A model generated the notes under the pieces. It ran no database searches. It was given only the letters and a program-made list of their open reading frames with translations, and was not told the DNA's origin. Shown here piece after piece: positions 29,875 to 46,809 of a DNA stretch of 64,000 bases. Every line of letters begins with the position of its first letter. Positions within the stretch are counted from its first letter, which is position 1. The translations under genes were made by a program, and so were the position numbers. Where the stretch lies: assembly GCF_009914755.1 (NCBI RefSeq), contig NC_060933.1, one strand, 5' to 3'. The stretch comes from the human T2T-CHM13v2.0 reference genome, Homo sapiens.

Positions 29875-30430
29875 AGCTTTTCTCAAATTTCAATGTGCTT
29901 ATGAGTCACCTGAGGATCAGGCAGATTCCAATTCAGTAGGCGATATTGTTTGGATATTTGTCCTTACCCAGATCTCATGTTGAATTGCAATCCTCCATGT
30001 TGGAGGTGGGGCCTGGTGGGAGGTGTTTGGGTCATGAGGGTAGGTTACTCCTGGCTTGATGCTGTCCTGGTGATAGTGAGTGAGTTTTGGTGAGACCTGG
30101 TTGCTGAAAAGTGTGTGGTTCCTCCCCCTCACCTTGCTTGTGCTCTCCCCATGTGAAGTGCCTGCTCCTACTTCACCATCCACCAAGAGTGAAGGCTCCC
30201 TGAGGCCTCCCCAGAAGCTGAGCAGATGCCAGTGCCATGCTTATACGGCCTGCAGAATCGTGAGCCAATTAAACTTCTTTTATTTGTAATTTACCCATTC
30301 TCAGGTATTTCTTTCTTGCATTGCAAGAACAGCCTAACACTGTAGGTCTAGGTGGGGACTGAGATTCTGCATTTAAAACACACATCCAGATGAAGCCCAT
30401 GCTGCGGCCCACAGAATGCATTGGGTGGTG
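29875..30430 (+). mobile_element. MER5A-like element split by an MST LTR
   Basis: cagctttttctcaaattt...gcagattccaattcagtagg | gtaggtctaggtggggactgagattctgcattt. Confidence 0.7.
29941..30341 (+). mobile_element. MSTB-like MaLR solo LTR
   Basis: gatattgtttggatatttgtcc...ctcatgttgaattg...gtgagccaattaaac...gaacagcctaacac; perfect 5-bp TSD GTAGG (29936 and 30342). Confidence 0.92.
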
Positions 30431-31377
30431 AGGTTCTAAGCTAGATATTGCCAAGCCTGGCTGAGATTCTGAAACACACAGCTCTCCTCCCACCTTCCAG
30501 ATGCTGATTCTGAAGACAGGAGTTTCGCTTATACAAAACACTGAGCAAACTGGGGTTCTAAGCGTATCTGTGATCTCTGCAAGGCCACACGGACAGCACC
30601 CAGCCTTCTGGGGTTCAGAACACCTTCCCTCCTCATAATACCTCTGACTGCATGTTAAATGGCTCTGACTGCATGTCAAATGGTATCATGTGCTGAAGGG
30701 TGTGTACACGTTTGTGTCTTTCCTTCTTGCTGACATCTGCCACAGCTGACAACCCACCTCAGATGCCAAGGGGAATGAGCTTCGTTTCCTACCTTGTAAC
30801 CTGAGCCAGGTCTTCCTCCAGGCAAGCCCATCGTGCACTGCACATTCCTCATAGGCACTAAAGCTCTGTCTCTCCTGGATGGAAACCCTGCTCCCTGGAG
30901 AGATGGTGATACTGGCTTTCTGTTCATTGCACACAGTGATACAGTAATACAACATCCAGAGATGATGGGAGAAGGAGCAGAGAGGGAGGGAGGGGTGAGT
31001 TTGTAAGAGTGGGGATATGTAGCTCTGAAGGAGGCTTGGTGTGTTTGCAGAGAAGGACAGCACAGCTGAGGGCTTTCCCAACATGGCTGTGCTGTGCCAC
31101 CTCTTCCTGACCACCAAGGATCAGACTTCTGGAAGAAGAAAGTGGCTTCAACTCCAGTCAGCACTTTATGTCAGTGTCCTGTCACCTCAGGACTCTGATC
31201 TTGTCTGGTTACTTCTTTAAAGCTCCAATACTCCAAGTGTCCAGGAATTGACCAAGCTGTGAGAAATGCTCTTGCAGGGTTGATTTCATGCCCCTTATCT
31301 CTATAATTCTAATGAGAGCTCATCTTTGATTATTTTGAGTTTTGAAGGTTTCTTTAGAGATGTTTTCATTACTGAAT

Positions 31378-31870
31378 GCTTAGGATTAGTTTGGGCTGCT
31401 TGTGACAGAAAACCTCAAATAATAATGACTTAAAGAAATAGGAGTTTATTTCTATATCATATAGAAGGAGTCTAGGCTGATATGGCAGCTCTGTGATATC
31501 AAAGACTTTGGCTTCTTTTATTATGCCACTGTGCTATCCTAAGCATGAGACTTTGACTTCATGGCCAAGATGATTCCTCATGCATTAGCCATCACATCTT
31601 CATTCCACCCAGCAAGAAGAAAGAAGAGAGAAAGAAAGTCACGTCCTTTCCCATGAAAGACATTCCTTGGATATTGCACACCATAATTCTGCTTACATTC
31701 TATTGGTCAGAACATAACAACATGGCCACAGCTAGCTAGTTATGTGGCCATAAGGAAGACTAGCAAAAGTAGTCTTTATACCAAATGCCAGATTCTCAGC
31801 TAAAAATGGGTAATTCTAGGACCCAAGACACAGTGAAGATCAAATATTGGGATAAACAACTACCGTCTCC
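31378..31870 (-). mobile_element. Old MLT1 LTR
   Basis: ttaggattagtttgggctgcttgtgacagaaaacc...tctattggtcagaac...catggccaca. Confidence 0.6.
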
Positions 31871-32144
31871 ACCTCATTGGGGTCTTAAGGTCATTCAAAC
31901 CTAGGTAATGTTTGGATTTGGCCCAAAAATTTCCAACAGATGCTTCCCAGCCATTTTATATATATCACAGGAAGTTTGCAGTCATGCTGGATCTCTTAAT
32001 CGTTCCTCCAAGAGGAGGCAGAGCTGGCCCTTAGAGGTGATATTAATTAATCATGGCTTAATAATTTAATTAATTACAGCTGGCATGGAGTGCAAATACA
32101 AGGAGAAAACTGCTGGCAGTCATCTAAATTTGAAGGTAGAAGGT

Positions 32145-32884
<740 letters not shown>

Positions 32885-33733
32885 TCATAGCCGTTATCTC
32901 GTGCTGGCCTCAGCTTGCTGGGGATGTGCACGTGTGTTTGGAGCCCAGCAAAGAGCTTCACAATAACAATCACAGCAGGAGTAGAAAAATGGGCCTCGCC
33001 TCAGCACCAGAAGGAGTGCATGGGTCTGTGTCAGCATTGGGTGCTTTATGGGGTGTTGTGAGGGCAAGAAACCTTAAGGAGCGTGTGGTTTCTGAGATCC
33101 CGATTTCGAAAAAACAAAGCCCTGAGCTGGAAGTCCCAGGCATGTCACTGTACCTCCATGGAGGTTACAAAGGAGTAATTTGAGGAGTGGCATCAATATT
33201 ATTTAAATGTTGAGAATCAAATAGATTTTGAGAGCTAGTGCAGGGCTGAGTGGAAATTGTCCAAATTTCTGTACAGATGAAGACTCATAAGTGGGCTGAA
33301 CGTTATCTCTCCCTCCCGACTTTTTTTTGACCTAACAGCAAACACAAAGTATTCCCTTTAGAAAAGAGTGTACGAAGAGTGGTGGAAAAATAGGAATAAT
33401 TTCCTTCAACCTAATCATCCCAAACTCAAACAAAACAACCCTCGCATTCTCAGGCACTAAGGTGCTCCCTGGCAAGGGAAGTCAAGGGTGGAACAGAAGG
33501 TACAGATAGAATTTATACCTCATGGGGCCCACGACAGACCCAGCTATGCCTGGGAGGAAGGCTGTGAATGCAGCGAAGTCCTGAAACCCAAGAAAATGCC
33601 TTCCGTGGTTCAATGTTTTGCTTTTTCTCTAACAAGCTCAGGTTAGCGGTAGTCAGATGTCTCAGTGTGAGCATCTCTTTAATGTTAGCATTCAGCATTC
33701 CAAACTTGGGTGGACTTTGATGAGTTCATTCTT

Positions 33734-33797
33734 CATACACGTACACACACGTGCACACACGCATGCACACACATGCATACACACGTACACACACACG
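33734..33797. repeat. Alternating pyrimidine-purine tract (CA/CG/TA/TG), 64 nt
   Basis: catacacgtacacacacgtgcacacacgcatgcacacacatgcatacacacgtacacacacacg. Confidence 0.9.
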
Positions 33798-34064
33798 GGT
33801 CAGAGTTAATGAAAATGTGTTTGAGTTTGTGCTAAAGGCAAGCTGAGCAGATGTTTTCCTGTAGTGAGTGTGTTACTTCATTATCTGTGCTAATAATTAT
33901 AAGAATAAAAAGCAAAGCGCAGTGGACTCCTATGTTTGCTCTTATGTTTTGTACTGTCATCTAAATCATGTCTCTTCAGGCGCGTGTTTGCTTCTGGGGA
34001 TAGTTTTATCTTGTCAAGTGTGTTTGTTCTTGGAGGAAGGAAAGCAGGCTTGGGTGACTGGTGA

Positions 34065-34446
<382 letters not shown>

Positions 34447-34756
34447 CTGGATCTCGGTTTTAATTGTCCTACAATAGAAATGGCAGTGCCCTCCTTATAG
34501 CACTGCTGTGAGCACGAGGTGAGCTCCAGGGTATGGAAACACAGGATCCAGCCCAGTGCCCAGCAACCTGCAGCTGCCCCATAAATGGGCATTTCCTTTC
34601 TCTGCCTTGATTGTCCTTTTGCCTTCTTTGGATCAAAACTTTGCTGCTCAGTGTTTGGGGAAGAGATAATATTCTGGTTTGTCCCTCAAATATATACGGG
34701 AATCTGGTATGGAACTCAAGATCAACGAGGCAAACCTAAGAAGCTGTGTGTGTACA

Positions 34757-34950
34757 ACTGTGGTTCTCAAAGTGTGGTTTCTGGACCTGCATCATTTTCA
34801 TCATCGCCTGGAAACTGGTTAGAAATGCAGATTCTCAGGTTCCACCCCAGACATAACGGAATTGGAAACTCGGGGTGGGGCCCAGCGGTCTGTGTTTTAA
34901 CTAGACTTCAGGTGATTTGAATGAGTGCTAACATCTGAGAGCTACTAGTC
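34757..34950 (+). mobile_element. MER5A
   Basis: tggttctcaaagtgtggt...gttagaaatgcagattctcagg...tgtgttttaac. Confidence 0.8.
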
Positions 34951-34979
34951 TCTACATCTAAGTTATCAGACCTCCTTGA

Positions 34980-35470
<491 letters not shown>

Positions 35471-35659
35471 TCATTCTCTCCCTTTCCCCTCCCCTCTTCC
35501 TAGGGTTGGGGATTGGAACTGGAGGAAGAATTATTTTGGAACAGGTGCTCAGAGGCGATGACAGGGATGAGGCGCGAGAAGCTACCCACAGGCCATAGAA
35601 CATTTCCATTTCTTTTACCTCATTTGCTGGTGCTCTGATATTTTTCGGTGGCAGCCTTC

Positions 35660-36290
35660 TTCCGATTTTAAATGTAACTCATGCTCATGTAGAAAGTTTG
35701 AAAACAACATAGAAAACTTTGAAAGAGAAAATAGGACTCTCTAGTAATCCCATCCCCCGAAAGATCCCATTAAATGTTAACATTTTGCTGTATTAGCTTG
35801 CAGCCTTGCATCTATATGTCCTTTTTAATAGAAAATTAGGATCATATGGATGTATGTAGTTGCATAGCTTGCATTTTTAACCGAATATTACATTATGATA
35901 ATGCATGATATATTTTTAATTTCATCTTCAAAGCTGGCATCAGATTGCACTATGTAGATTTATCATAATTAGCTCCACTGTTTTCCTCTGGTGAATGTCA
36001 TTCTTTTCTTCCATGATGGGTACAAATAGCCTTGTAAAGCAATCTTTGATTGCTTTTCTGATTATTTCCTTAGGATAGATTGCTAGAAGTAGATGCACTG
36101 AGCCAAAAGTTATAAACATTTTAAAGGTTCTCGTTACATGGAGCTAAATTTGTTTCCAGAAGGGTTGTGTTGTCTTTACTCCCACTCTGAATAAGACAGT
36201 GCCTGTTTCCTTGTACTTTTGCTAAAGTTGGCTATTATCTTAAAATACAAAACCCAAACAAAACCAGAAAACAATCCCATTTGCCACTTT
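35660..36290 (-). mobile_element. Old L1ME-type fragment
   Basis: gattatttccttaggatagattgctagaagtag...aaatttgtttccagaagggttgt...actcccac. Confidence 0.55.
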
Positions 36291-39200
36291 GCAGAGCCAA
36301 GTGTTCGTGCCCTTGACCTCTAGCAGCTCTCTGTGAATGTGGTCACAGATTCCTACACCCATGTGTCTTCATCTTCCTTTTACTCATCTTTCAGAGTCAT
36401 GTTTATCTTTCAATGTCTGACAGCTTTAGTTTGGGGATTTTCGTCTTATCTTGGGATTTGAGGCCATCTGGGCTTCTCAGCTCTGCTCTTGCTGCTCCAT
36501 CTTTATTGTATCTGGGCTTCATCTCTAATGTTTTGTACCATTTAGCCTCTTTGTGCCATGCACACCAGCCTAGACCAGTGTGGCATTTAGGATGACACCC
36601 TCATAAAGGCCCTTAATAAATGCTCTGGGATATTGCAGCAAAAGGCACACATAGCATTGCAAAGTTAAATTATTCAGGCTCACCGAAGTATATATAATCT
36701 ATTCCAAGGTGAGACAGCACCCCCTCCCCACTGATGCACACATTTCCCCACCTGCTTCACACACACTCACTCAAGTGCACTTCTTCAGTGCATCACAAAG
36801 GGAAGTCTTTGAGGGCCTCTCACTAAAATAATCAGAGAATCCATCTTCTTGGACCTCCTTGATAAATGATGTTTGATTGAAGCGGTGAATGACTTGTTGC
36901 ATACTTTCCTTTCAAACTGAGTGTGCATTACCCAGATAGAGAAGAGGAAGAGCACATTTCCACCCTTTCATTTAACATCTTGCAGTCATCCTAGCTTGAC
37001 ACAGTGGCAAAGCCATGCAGGTTAATAGCTTTAGCTTTGGGACCCTTCCAGAAGAAGCTCTGTGCCGGAAAAGTGGTGGGGAAATGGTAGATCCATCATA
37101 GTTTTAAAGCTGCTTCTGGCACCTTTACATCCTAGTTGCTCTACGTTGGGAATAATAGCAGAGGCACCCAGAACTGAGCATCACTTGGGAGGTAGAAAAG
37201 CTGGGAAGGACAAGAGCAGAAAGAAGAATTGAAATCTTCTACTCTGGCCACACATTTACACATTCTCTTCTATTATTTCAAAGTGATTCATCTATTTCTG
37301 TTTTTTTCAATTCAGGGAAATCAGCTGCAGGAATGAATGATCACCTTACTTTTATTCCAAAGGTTCCTGAATATGTTTTGTCCCATTCATCCATCCTTCC
37401 ATCCAGCCATCCATTCATTCATCCTTCCATCCATTCCTCCAATAAAAATGTATTAAGTAGTATTATCCAACCTACTACTAGGAAGTAACCACTTGTGGAT
37501 CAAGGTTTTCTAAAGCTTAGCAGTGATGTATAACACAGGAATGTGTGTTAAGTGTCTGGAAGCCCAAGTGGTGGCTTGGTGGGGACTCACTGGTATATAG
37601 AGAATGCTGTTTTCATTGAAGCTGGACTGTATGAAAAACAGTCCATGGAGCTAAATTTGACATGTAATAATCATGTCATTATATAAGGCCTCATTATTTA
37701 ATGGCAGTGGTTACAGCAGATAAAGCAGTTGAGGAGGCAGGCAGGGAAAATCTTTAACTGTGGGTCAGAGAACTTCACGGTCATTGATGAAACTGCCCTG
37801 TGTGCTCTTTCTTCCTGATATTTCCTTTCAGTTCCTATTTTTAAAAATAAATAAATAAAAAGGGATGTCATTATGATTAGCTCATTTTGGGGATGTGGCT
37901 GGATAGTGACCCCCAAACATATCCTCCTCCTCATCCCTGGGACCTGTGAATAGTTACCTTCTATGGTAAAAGGGATTTTCCAGAGATGGCAACTGGAAAC
38001 CTACATGCGGGTGGTTCCCAGTGCAAAGCAATCTCAAATATTTTGTTCTCATAAATATATTTTTACTTTTTAGACAACTTGCCCTAGTTTTCTGTTTGGA
38101 AAATATCTCCATAGCAGACAACACAGTAATGAATTCTATCCTTTATCTCTTTAGCTTTGGAGGAATTTCTTGCTTCATAGTTGAGTTCTTTGGATATTGA
38201 GCACTTATTGTATACAAGATTATATCTACAGCTAGCATAAGACCAAATACAAAGATTAATACCAGCTCCTACTCTGTATGACTTTACTACCTGCTCTAAA
38301 GCTCCCATCGCTTTGGCCTTATGTGATATCCCAATAGTGATTAAATTGCCCCTGTAAAGAAGACATATACGAGTCTCCCACATAGGACCGAGCGGTTAAG
38401 CTTCTAAAGAGGTTTTCTGAAGTTTTAAGGAGAAGCAGTGCTCTGAGTATGGGTCTGTCAGCATGTGGGGACACTTAATGTGAATGTTTGATCATTATTT
38501 TAACGTGTGCCCTTTGTACAACTTGACATTGACACTACCGTGAAATGTAAATTACACGGAACTCCATGGGACCACTAAACCCTCTCCCACTCAGCTACAG
38601 AGTTAGCAGAATGAACGCGTGACCCAGTTAGATAGCTATCGCGTAACTTATCTGAGTTCTCTCCGCTTGTTTTCAGTCTCCTTAACCACTTTCAAAATCA
38701 TCATGTAAAAGTCTGTTGCACACTCTTTCCCTAGCTGTTCAGACTAAGCTCCAAAAGTCCATAGCTTCGGAAGACGCATGGACACCTCTGTTCCTTGGAC
38801 ACACACTGCTTTCCTCAAACTGCATAGTTGTGCCTTTGTTTTCATTTTCCCTTCTGAGGGGAGGAACAAGGACTAGCAATGAATGGCACCTGGCTAGGCG
38901 TTACCCTTGAACATCCTGATATTAAGTAAATAGGCAAATAAAGTCTCTTTGTAGGCAAATAAACTCTGGTTTGCCTGAGTACAAGCCATGATGATGGAAT
39001 CAAGCTGTAATTAAAAAAAAAAAAACTTAGTTAATTTTACTTACAACAATATCCTGAAATCAAAATGGATTTAAAATTGCATACTTATCATGACCAATAA
39101 TTAGAGAATATGGCTCCACAGCCTGTGGTTTTGGAGGCTTTGCAGCCCATTTCAGCTGTTTGTGTGTAGTTGTAGCTCGTTTGGGTTGTAAATTGGAATC

Positions 39201-40144
39201 TGATTCTTCCCCCCTAACTACCCTAGTTCCCTTCTGGCCTGTGGAAGATAAGCTGTTCTGGGTCAAAAGCAATGTGGTCACATGACCAGCCTACAAAACA
39301 GAGTCAGCCTTAAAACTTCCAGGACTGGACTGATTTGGAAACTTGGAGAAACTTTGCTACACAGGAAGATGTCTGCCACCGGGGAACAAACCAGCAATTC
39401 ATCTCATGCCTTTCATCTGGAGTAGATCATGTGCCCTGAGGTCATATGTATTTTTAAACATTTATTCCCACTCATTTTCTTTAATTTGAGACACTCGGGC
39501 TTAATGTAGTAAGACATTTTAACTGAAATTTAATTTGAATAGGTCCTCACATACAGAGTTTGGTGCTCTACAAAAAATAACCAAGGTTTAAAAAGAAAAC
39601 AAATCCAGGAGGCCTTCAAATATACCACTTAAAATGATCAACTTTATGTTTTTTAACAAAGATTGATTTTGTACTCTGCTGGAATGTGGCCCCGTACCAG
39701 GTGGAGCCTTCTCCTCCGGTCTTTTTTTTTAATGAGCTGGAGTAGCTAGTGAGATCTGAAATGGGTCTACGTAAAACAATTGTGAAAGAGTTGCTAGAAT
39801 TTTGGCTTCTTTTCTGATTGTACCAAGTGGTGAAAGCAAAGTGGAGTTGGAGGTGAAATGAATTATTATAAAAGGCTAGGTATGTCATGAAAAAGCCAGC
39901 AGAGAAACAGCGATCATTAGCGTCTCTGGGACTGAAGCGTCTAGCCTGTTGGAGCTTAGTAATGGTTGACATTGAATGACAGTCTTCACTGCTCTTCAAT
40001 ACGGTGCTCAAGACTTAAAACGTGGTCAGGAGCAGTTGGCAAGTTTGTTGAGACTGACGCACCTCCTCAGTTGTTTCTGCTATGTTTACTGATGGCCATG
40101 AAGTGTTTCTCCTTACTATGGTCACACTTTGCCAATTTTCCCGC

Positions 40145-40441
<297 letters not shown>

Positions 40442-40515
40442 AGTTCTCCCTAGTTCTAATGGGGTCACTGTACCATAAAAGACCTTGAGATACTGGGTGA
40501 TCAGAACCACAGGAG

Positions 40516-40533
40516 CAGCAGCAGCAGCAGCAG
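40516..40533 (+). repeat. (CAG)6 short trinucleotide repeat
   Basis: cagcagcagcagcagcag followed by tagctgctgc. Confidence 0.9.
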
Positions 40534-41629
40534 TAGCTGCTGCATGGTAAGTTGAGACCCCAGATTCCTTCATCTTTTGTCAAGAAGCGGTTGACCTCTG
40601 CGATCTCGGGATTTGTCTTCTCCAGGTCAAGGGTATATACAGTTGGCCACTTTAAAAATGGCATGCCGTTTTTCTTTCTGTTATTAATAGAATGAAGGAA
40701 ATAGGCAAAGAAATGGTAAATAAGGAGAAAGACTCTTAAGAGGTTGTAATTCACAGCCAGGATAGGGAAGAATAATATTTCATTATTACAGATTCCCCCT
40801 TTATTGTGGTATTTGAGAAAAACCCCCTCCCATGATACTATGCCTGACACATGAGTGTTCAAGGAACACTCGTTGAGTGGGTTAGTAAATCAATGAATGT
40901 AAGTAGCAGTCACTGGGAATGCAGGTAGAGACTCCAGTTGTTCCTCAGCATATTTAAACTTGCCACTAGGCAGGAGCACTCAGCACTCTACCCTCAAATG
41001 CGTACAGCAAATGTAACGAGCCCCAAGCAATAGGCTTGCTAATTCTTACAACTTTGACAAGCAAGGGGAAATAATGAATATCAGTACTGTGATCACTTGA
41101 AAGTGGAGAAGAAATGAATTGACCCCAAGTTTAAGAAATGTCATGCATAGAGAAAGAGCAGACTTCTGTGAGCAGTGAAAATCTAAGCTTGCGGCCTTCC
41201 CCTTCATCTCCCCACTGTCATAACCTGCACCCCACCGTGGAGTTCCTTGACCTCCTCATTTCCAGCCACCTTCTCCTCTACTGCACTGCTGTCACTAGAA
41301 ACTCCACCCAAACCTTCATTTCCAGGCAGCCATACTCACAGCACCTCCTTGCCACTGACTAGTCCACCCTTTCCACCATGATAACTCTTCAGCCTCATTG
41401 GAACCTTTCAGCCTACCATGCTTTCTCTATCATTGCCCTTCTTTCTTCAGTTCATGGGGTTGGAGGTGGAGGTGAGAGTAACTATGAAATAATTAAGATC
41501 ATACAGAAAATCCACTTCCCAAGGAGGACCACACTTTTAAAATCAGCTGAATCATAATCTCTATTTTTATTTAATATTGGGGCTGGATACATTTTTGTAG
41601 CTGTATTATTAGTATGCTACATACAAATC

Positions 41630-42862
<1,233 letters not shown>

Positions 42863-43325
42863 AAATCTTGATGCTTGCCCTTTTGGAGCCATAAGCTCAT
42901 CTGCCTGAACCAGTGGTTATACTAACAGGAATTCGCTAAACAGGGCTGAATGGAGACTTGTAGATGCCTTCAAGTACACAAATGCTTATTGTAGCATGTA
43001 GGTTGTCTATTTGGCTTCTGTACTCCAAACAGCAGAATATGTTTAAAAAGAAAACTATCTTAGTGCACACAAATTACGAGCTGGAAATGTATTCACATCA
43101 TTTTAAGAAAATTATCCAGAATACACAGTCTGGGTCTCTAAGCTAATTTTGGTCTCTGTTATTCTTCTAATAAGGTGAACAGTCATACCTTTTATCTTCC
43201 AATGATTAATGTGCTGACTTAGCTATGGTTCATCTGAGTGACTTCACAACTATCTCTTCTGGTTCCCTTCTATAAATAATTAAGCTATGTCCTAGTTTTA
43301 TATTATAGCTATAAAATTAGCCTAA

Positions 43326-43962
43326 AGCTGTGCTGTTTGACATGACAGCCACAGGCCACTTGTGGCCATCGAGCACTTGAAGTAGGGCTGGTTTGAACAA
43401 GATGTGCTGTGTGTGTGTAAAGCACACACTGGGGTTCAAACACTCAGAAAAGGGCAAAATCTATCATAATCATTTTCATTATTGACTACATGCTTAAATC
43501 ATAACATTCAATATATTGGGATAAACAAAATATTAGAGTTAATTTTGCCTGTTTCTTTTTACTTTTATTAGTGTGACTGCTAGAGAATTTCAAATTATAC
43601 CTGGGTATGGTGGCTCACACCTGTAATCCCAGCACATTGGGAGGCCGAGGCGAGCGGATCACTTGAACCCAGAAGTGTGAGACCAGCTTGTGCAATATGG
43701 TGAAACCCCACCTCTACAAAAAATACAAAAATTAGCCAGATATGATGGCGTGTACCTGTAATCCCAGCTACTTGGGAGGCTGAGGTGGGAGGATTACTTG
43801 AGCCCAGGGGATCCAGGCTATAGTGAGCTGAGATAGCGCCCCACTGCACTCCAGCCTGGGCAACAGAGTGAGGCCCTGTCTCCAAGAAAGAGAAGAAAAT
43901 TTCAGATTACCCATGTGGTTTGCATTTGTGGCTTGTATTATATTTCTGATGGACTACTCTGT
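43326..43962 (-). mobile_element. MER33-like DNA transposon fossil (interrupted by Alu)
   Basis: ggccacttgtggccatcgagcacttga...cctgtttctttttactttt...gtggcttgtattatatttctgatggac. Confidence 0.75.
43600..43895 (+). mobile_element. Alu (AluJ-type)
   Basis: ggaggattacttgagccc...ggccctgtctc; TSD-like aatttca(a/g)atta. Confidence 0.92.
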
Positions 43963-45519
43963 CTCAAAGTAAGTCATTGTTTTAATTTATAAATGATTAT
44001 TGCTTAAAATTTAAATGTATGTATATGCATACAGTTATACTCTGCATATAGTTATATATATGTATATACTTATGTAATTATGTAATTTGAAGATTACATA
44101 ACTATAACCTACTTCCTGTGATAAAACACTATTGGACACGTCATCTAAACAAATAATTGACACTAGTGCTTAAATACATTAATGTATATCAAGTCAACTT
44201 TAAGATAATCAGACTAAGTTTTCATAGATTTTATTGTGTAAAGTTTTATTCTTTTTGCCTATGTCTGAGGGAAGTTAGAATTTTGGAACCAGTGCGAAGT
44301 TCATTTTCATATGTTTTATTCTGAATCACTAACATTAACTCTTCTGAATCTGTGACAGCCAGCATTTGGAAAGTTAATTCGAGTGTCCTAAAAGTCACTT
44401 TCTTCAGTTTGTTTACCTATCTTATTATCATAGTCTAAACGTAGCTAATAGTAAAAAACCTCTAAGTAACATTGTTTAGTGATTGAGCCAATAAATTAAA
44501 CATTAACAAGAGAAACTTGGAATTCCAAGGACCAAGGCTGAGTAAATCAATTTCACCCACCTGTCCAGTGAGCGTTTGCTGAGAGGAGAAGATGTAGAAC
44601 ACTGTTCTGTGTTTTAAATTTTTATATCCTTAGCAAGATCAAACTCCTTCTTCTCCCTCACCTAAAGGTGAGATTCGGAAGCAGGAGATGTGTTCTAATC
44701 GCTGTACAGGTTGCCTAGTTCATCAAAGTTGGGCAGATGGGGCCAGTCTGGAAGCTGGCAGGCAGCTTCCCTGGCAGGAAACTCTCCGCCATGTTCTCTG
44801 CCTTCATATAAGGCAGCCAGCAGCATTTTACATCGACGTTAATAATAACGGAAGAAAAAATAGATCATTCTCTGTTCCCTTAGGTTATTTAAATTTTACT
44901 TTTAACCTTTGTTTTCTAACATTGAACATTTCTCAGGAGCATGCTCACCGTGTGTTTCTTATATAGAATAAGTACTGGTCTTGCATGATCAGAGCCTCAA
45001 AGTCAGCATGAGAAATTTGAGGCTCCTTTGAATTCATGCAAGCTCGAATTAGAAACAGCCTCAAACAGCTTCAGTTAGAGTCTTTTTTCTGTGGCTCTCC
45101 AAGAGATGGAGCAATAACTTATAATTATCCCAGGGTGAGGTTACCCACAAAATTTGACCATCCACTTCTAAGGCCAGAAAGACATCCGAATAATGTTACT
45201 CAAGGGCCCAAGACGTGGGAATTGGTCATTTTTGTTCCTGTGCTTTCCTTCACCATCAATACTTCAGTATTTCATAAGCGTAATCAGTTTTAAGTGAAAG
45301 GGCAACAACCACTGCCACATGCCGAGGTGTCCCTAAGCCAGCAGCCTTCATGGAGAGCCATTCAGCAGCCCTCGCTCAAGATGGCTTCTTCAGAAAACAG
45401 TAGAGGAGAGCTTGCTTAGTTTTTGCCTTCTCTTATTTTCCCCAATAGAACAATGTATGAGCTTTGGCACATGCCTAAAAGATGCAGGTGGTTTTAAGCA
45501 ACTATATACAATAATAGTA

Positions 45520-45750
45520 ATCATATTATTACATATCAAGCACTGTTGAAAGAGCTTTACATGTATAACTCATTTAATCTTTACAACAGCCCTTTAAGGA
45601 AGATATGGTTAATACGTTGTTTGTCAATCATTGAGGTACCTGAGTCACAGAGAGGTTGAGGAACTTGCCCAAGATCACACAGCTAGTAAATGGCAAAGCC
45701 AGGATATAAAAGCAAGCCCTCTGCCTCCAAAGTGCATAAGTCATAATGCC
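45520..45750 (-). mobile_element. MIR
   Basis: gctttacatgtataactcatttaatctttacaacagccc...cttgcccaagatcacacagctagtaaatggca. Confidence 0.8.
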
Positions 45751-46449
45751 ACGCAGGAGATTAAAATAATTTTGTGTGTCTGGATATTTATGCTAAGTTT
45801 TAGTTTTGGAAGACTTGAATTGGTGGTTTCTGAATCCTGTTGAAAAAGGATCCTTTCCTTCCTTTCCATTCCCTATTAGAAACTGACCTAAACCTATTAG
45901 GGATCCTTGAATATAGACACAGCGGTTCTATTCTGAGCTGTGATGTCTCTTAAGCCCTTCCAAATATTAACAGTATATTTGTGTGGTAGCAGGCAGTATC
46001 TAAAACATAATCATACCTTTTTATCTCTTTTGAGTGCTACAGCTGCCCTATAGGCTAAGCATTATTCAATTCAGTTTTGTTTTGTTTTGTTTTATTTCCC
46101 AAATGACCATGCTGAGACTCAGCAAAGGTTGTGAGGATCAGCTTTCACAGATGGCAAATGGCAGAGGAGGGCAGCATCCAGCATTCTTTCTCCCAACTGT
46201 GCATTTCCTCTCAGATTGTAGATACTCTCTGTCACTCAGAAGGCACAGATGCATAAAATATATTTCCAAATAGAGACTAGAGAAGTTGATGGAAATATGG
46301 ATTTATTTTAAGTTTCAGTCTGGAAACATCATGATCACAGAGATTCAGAAAATGCATGAAGAAGAAGTCTATTACAGGATTTTTACTTTACTCAATGCTA
46401 TGTATGCTTTTAATTAAATGAGGAGTGCACTAAATGAAAATCTCCATGA

Positions 46450-46800
<351 letters not shown>

Positions 46801-46809
46801 AGTACAGAG

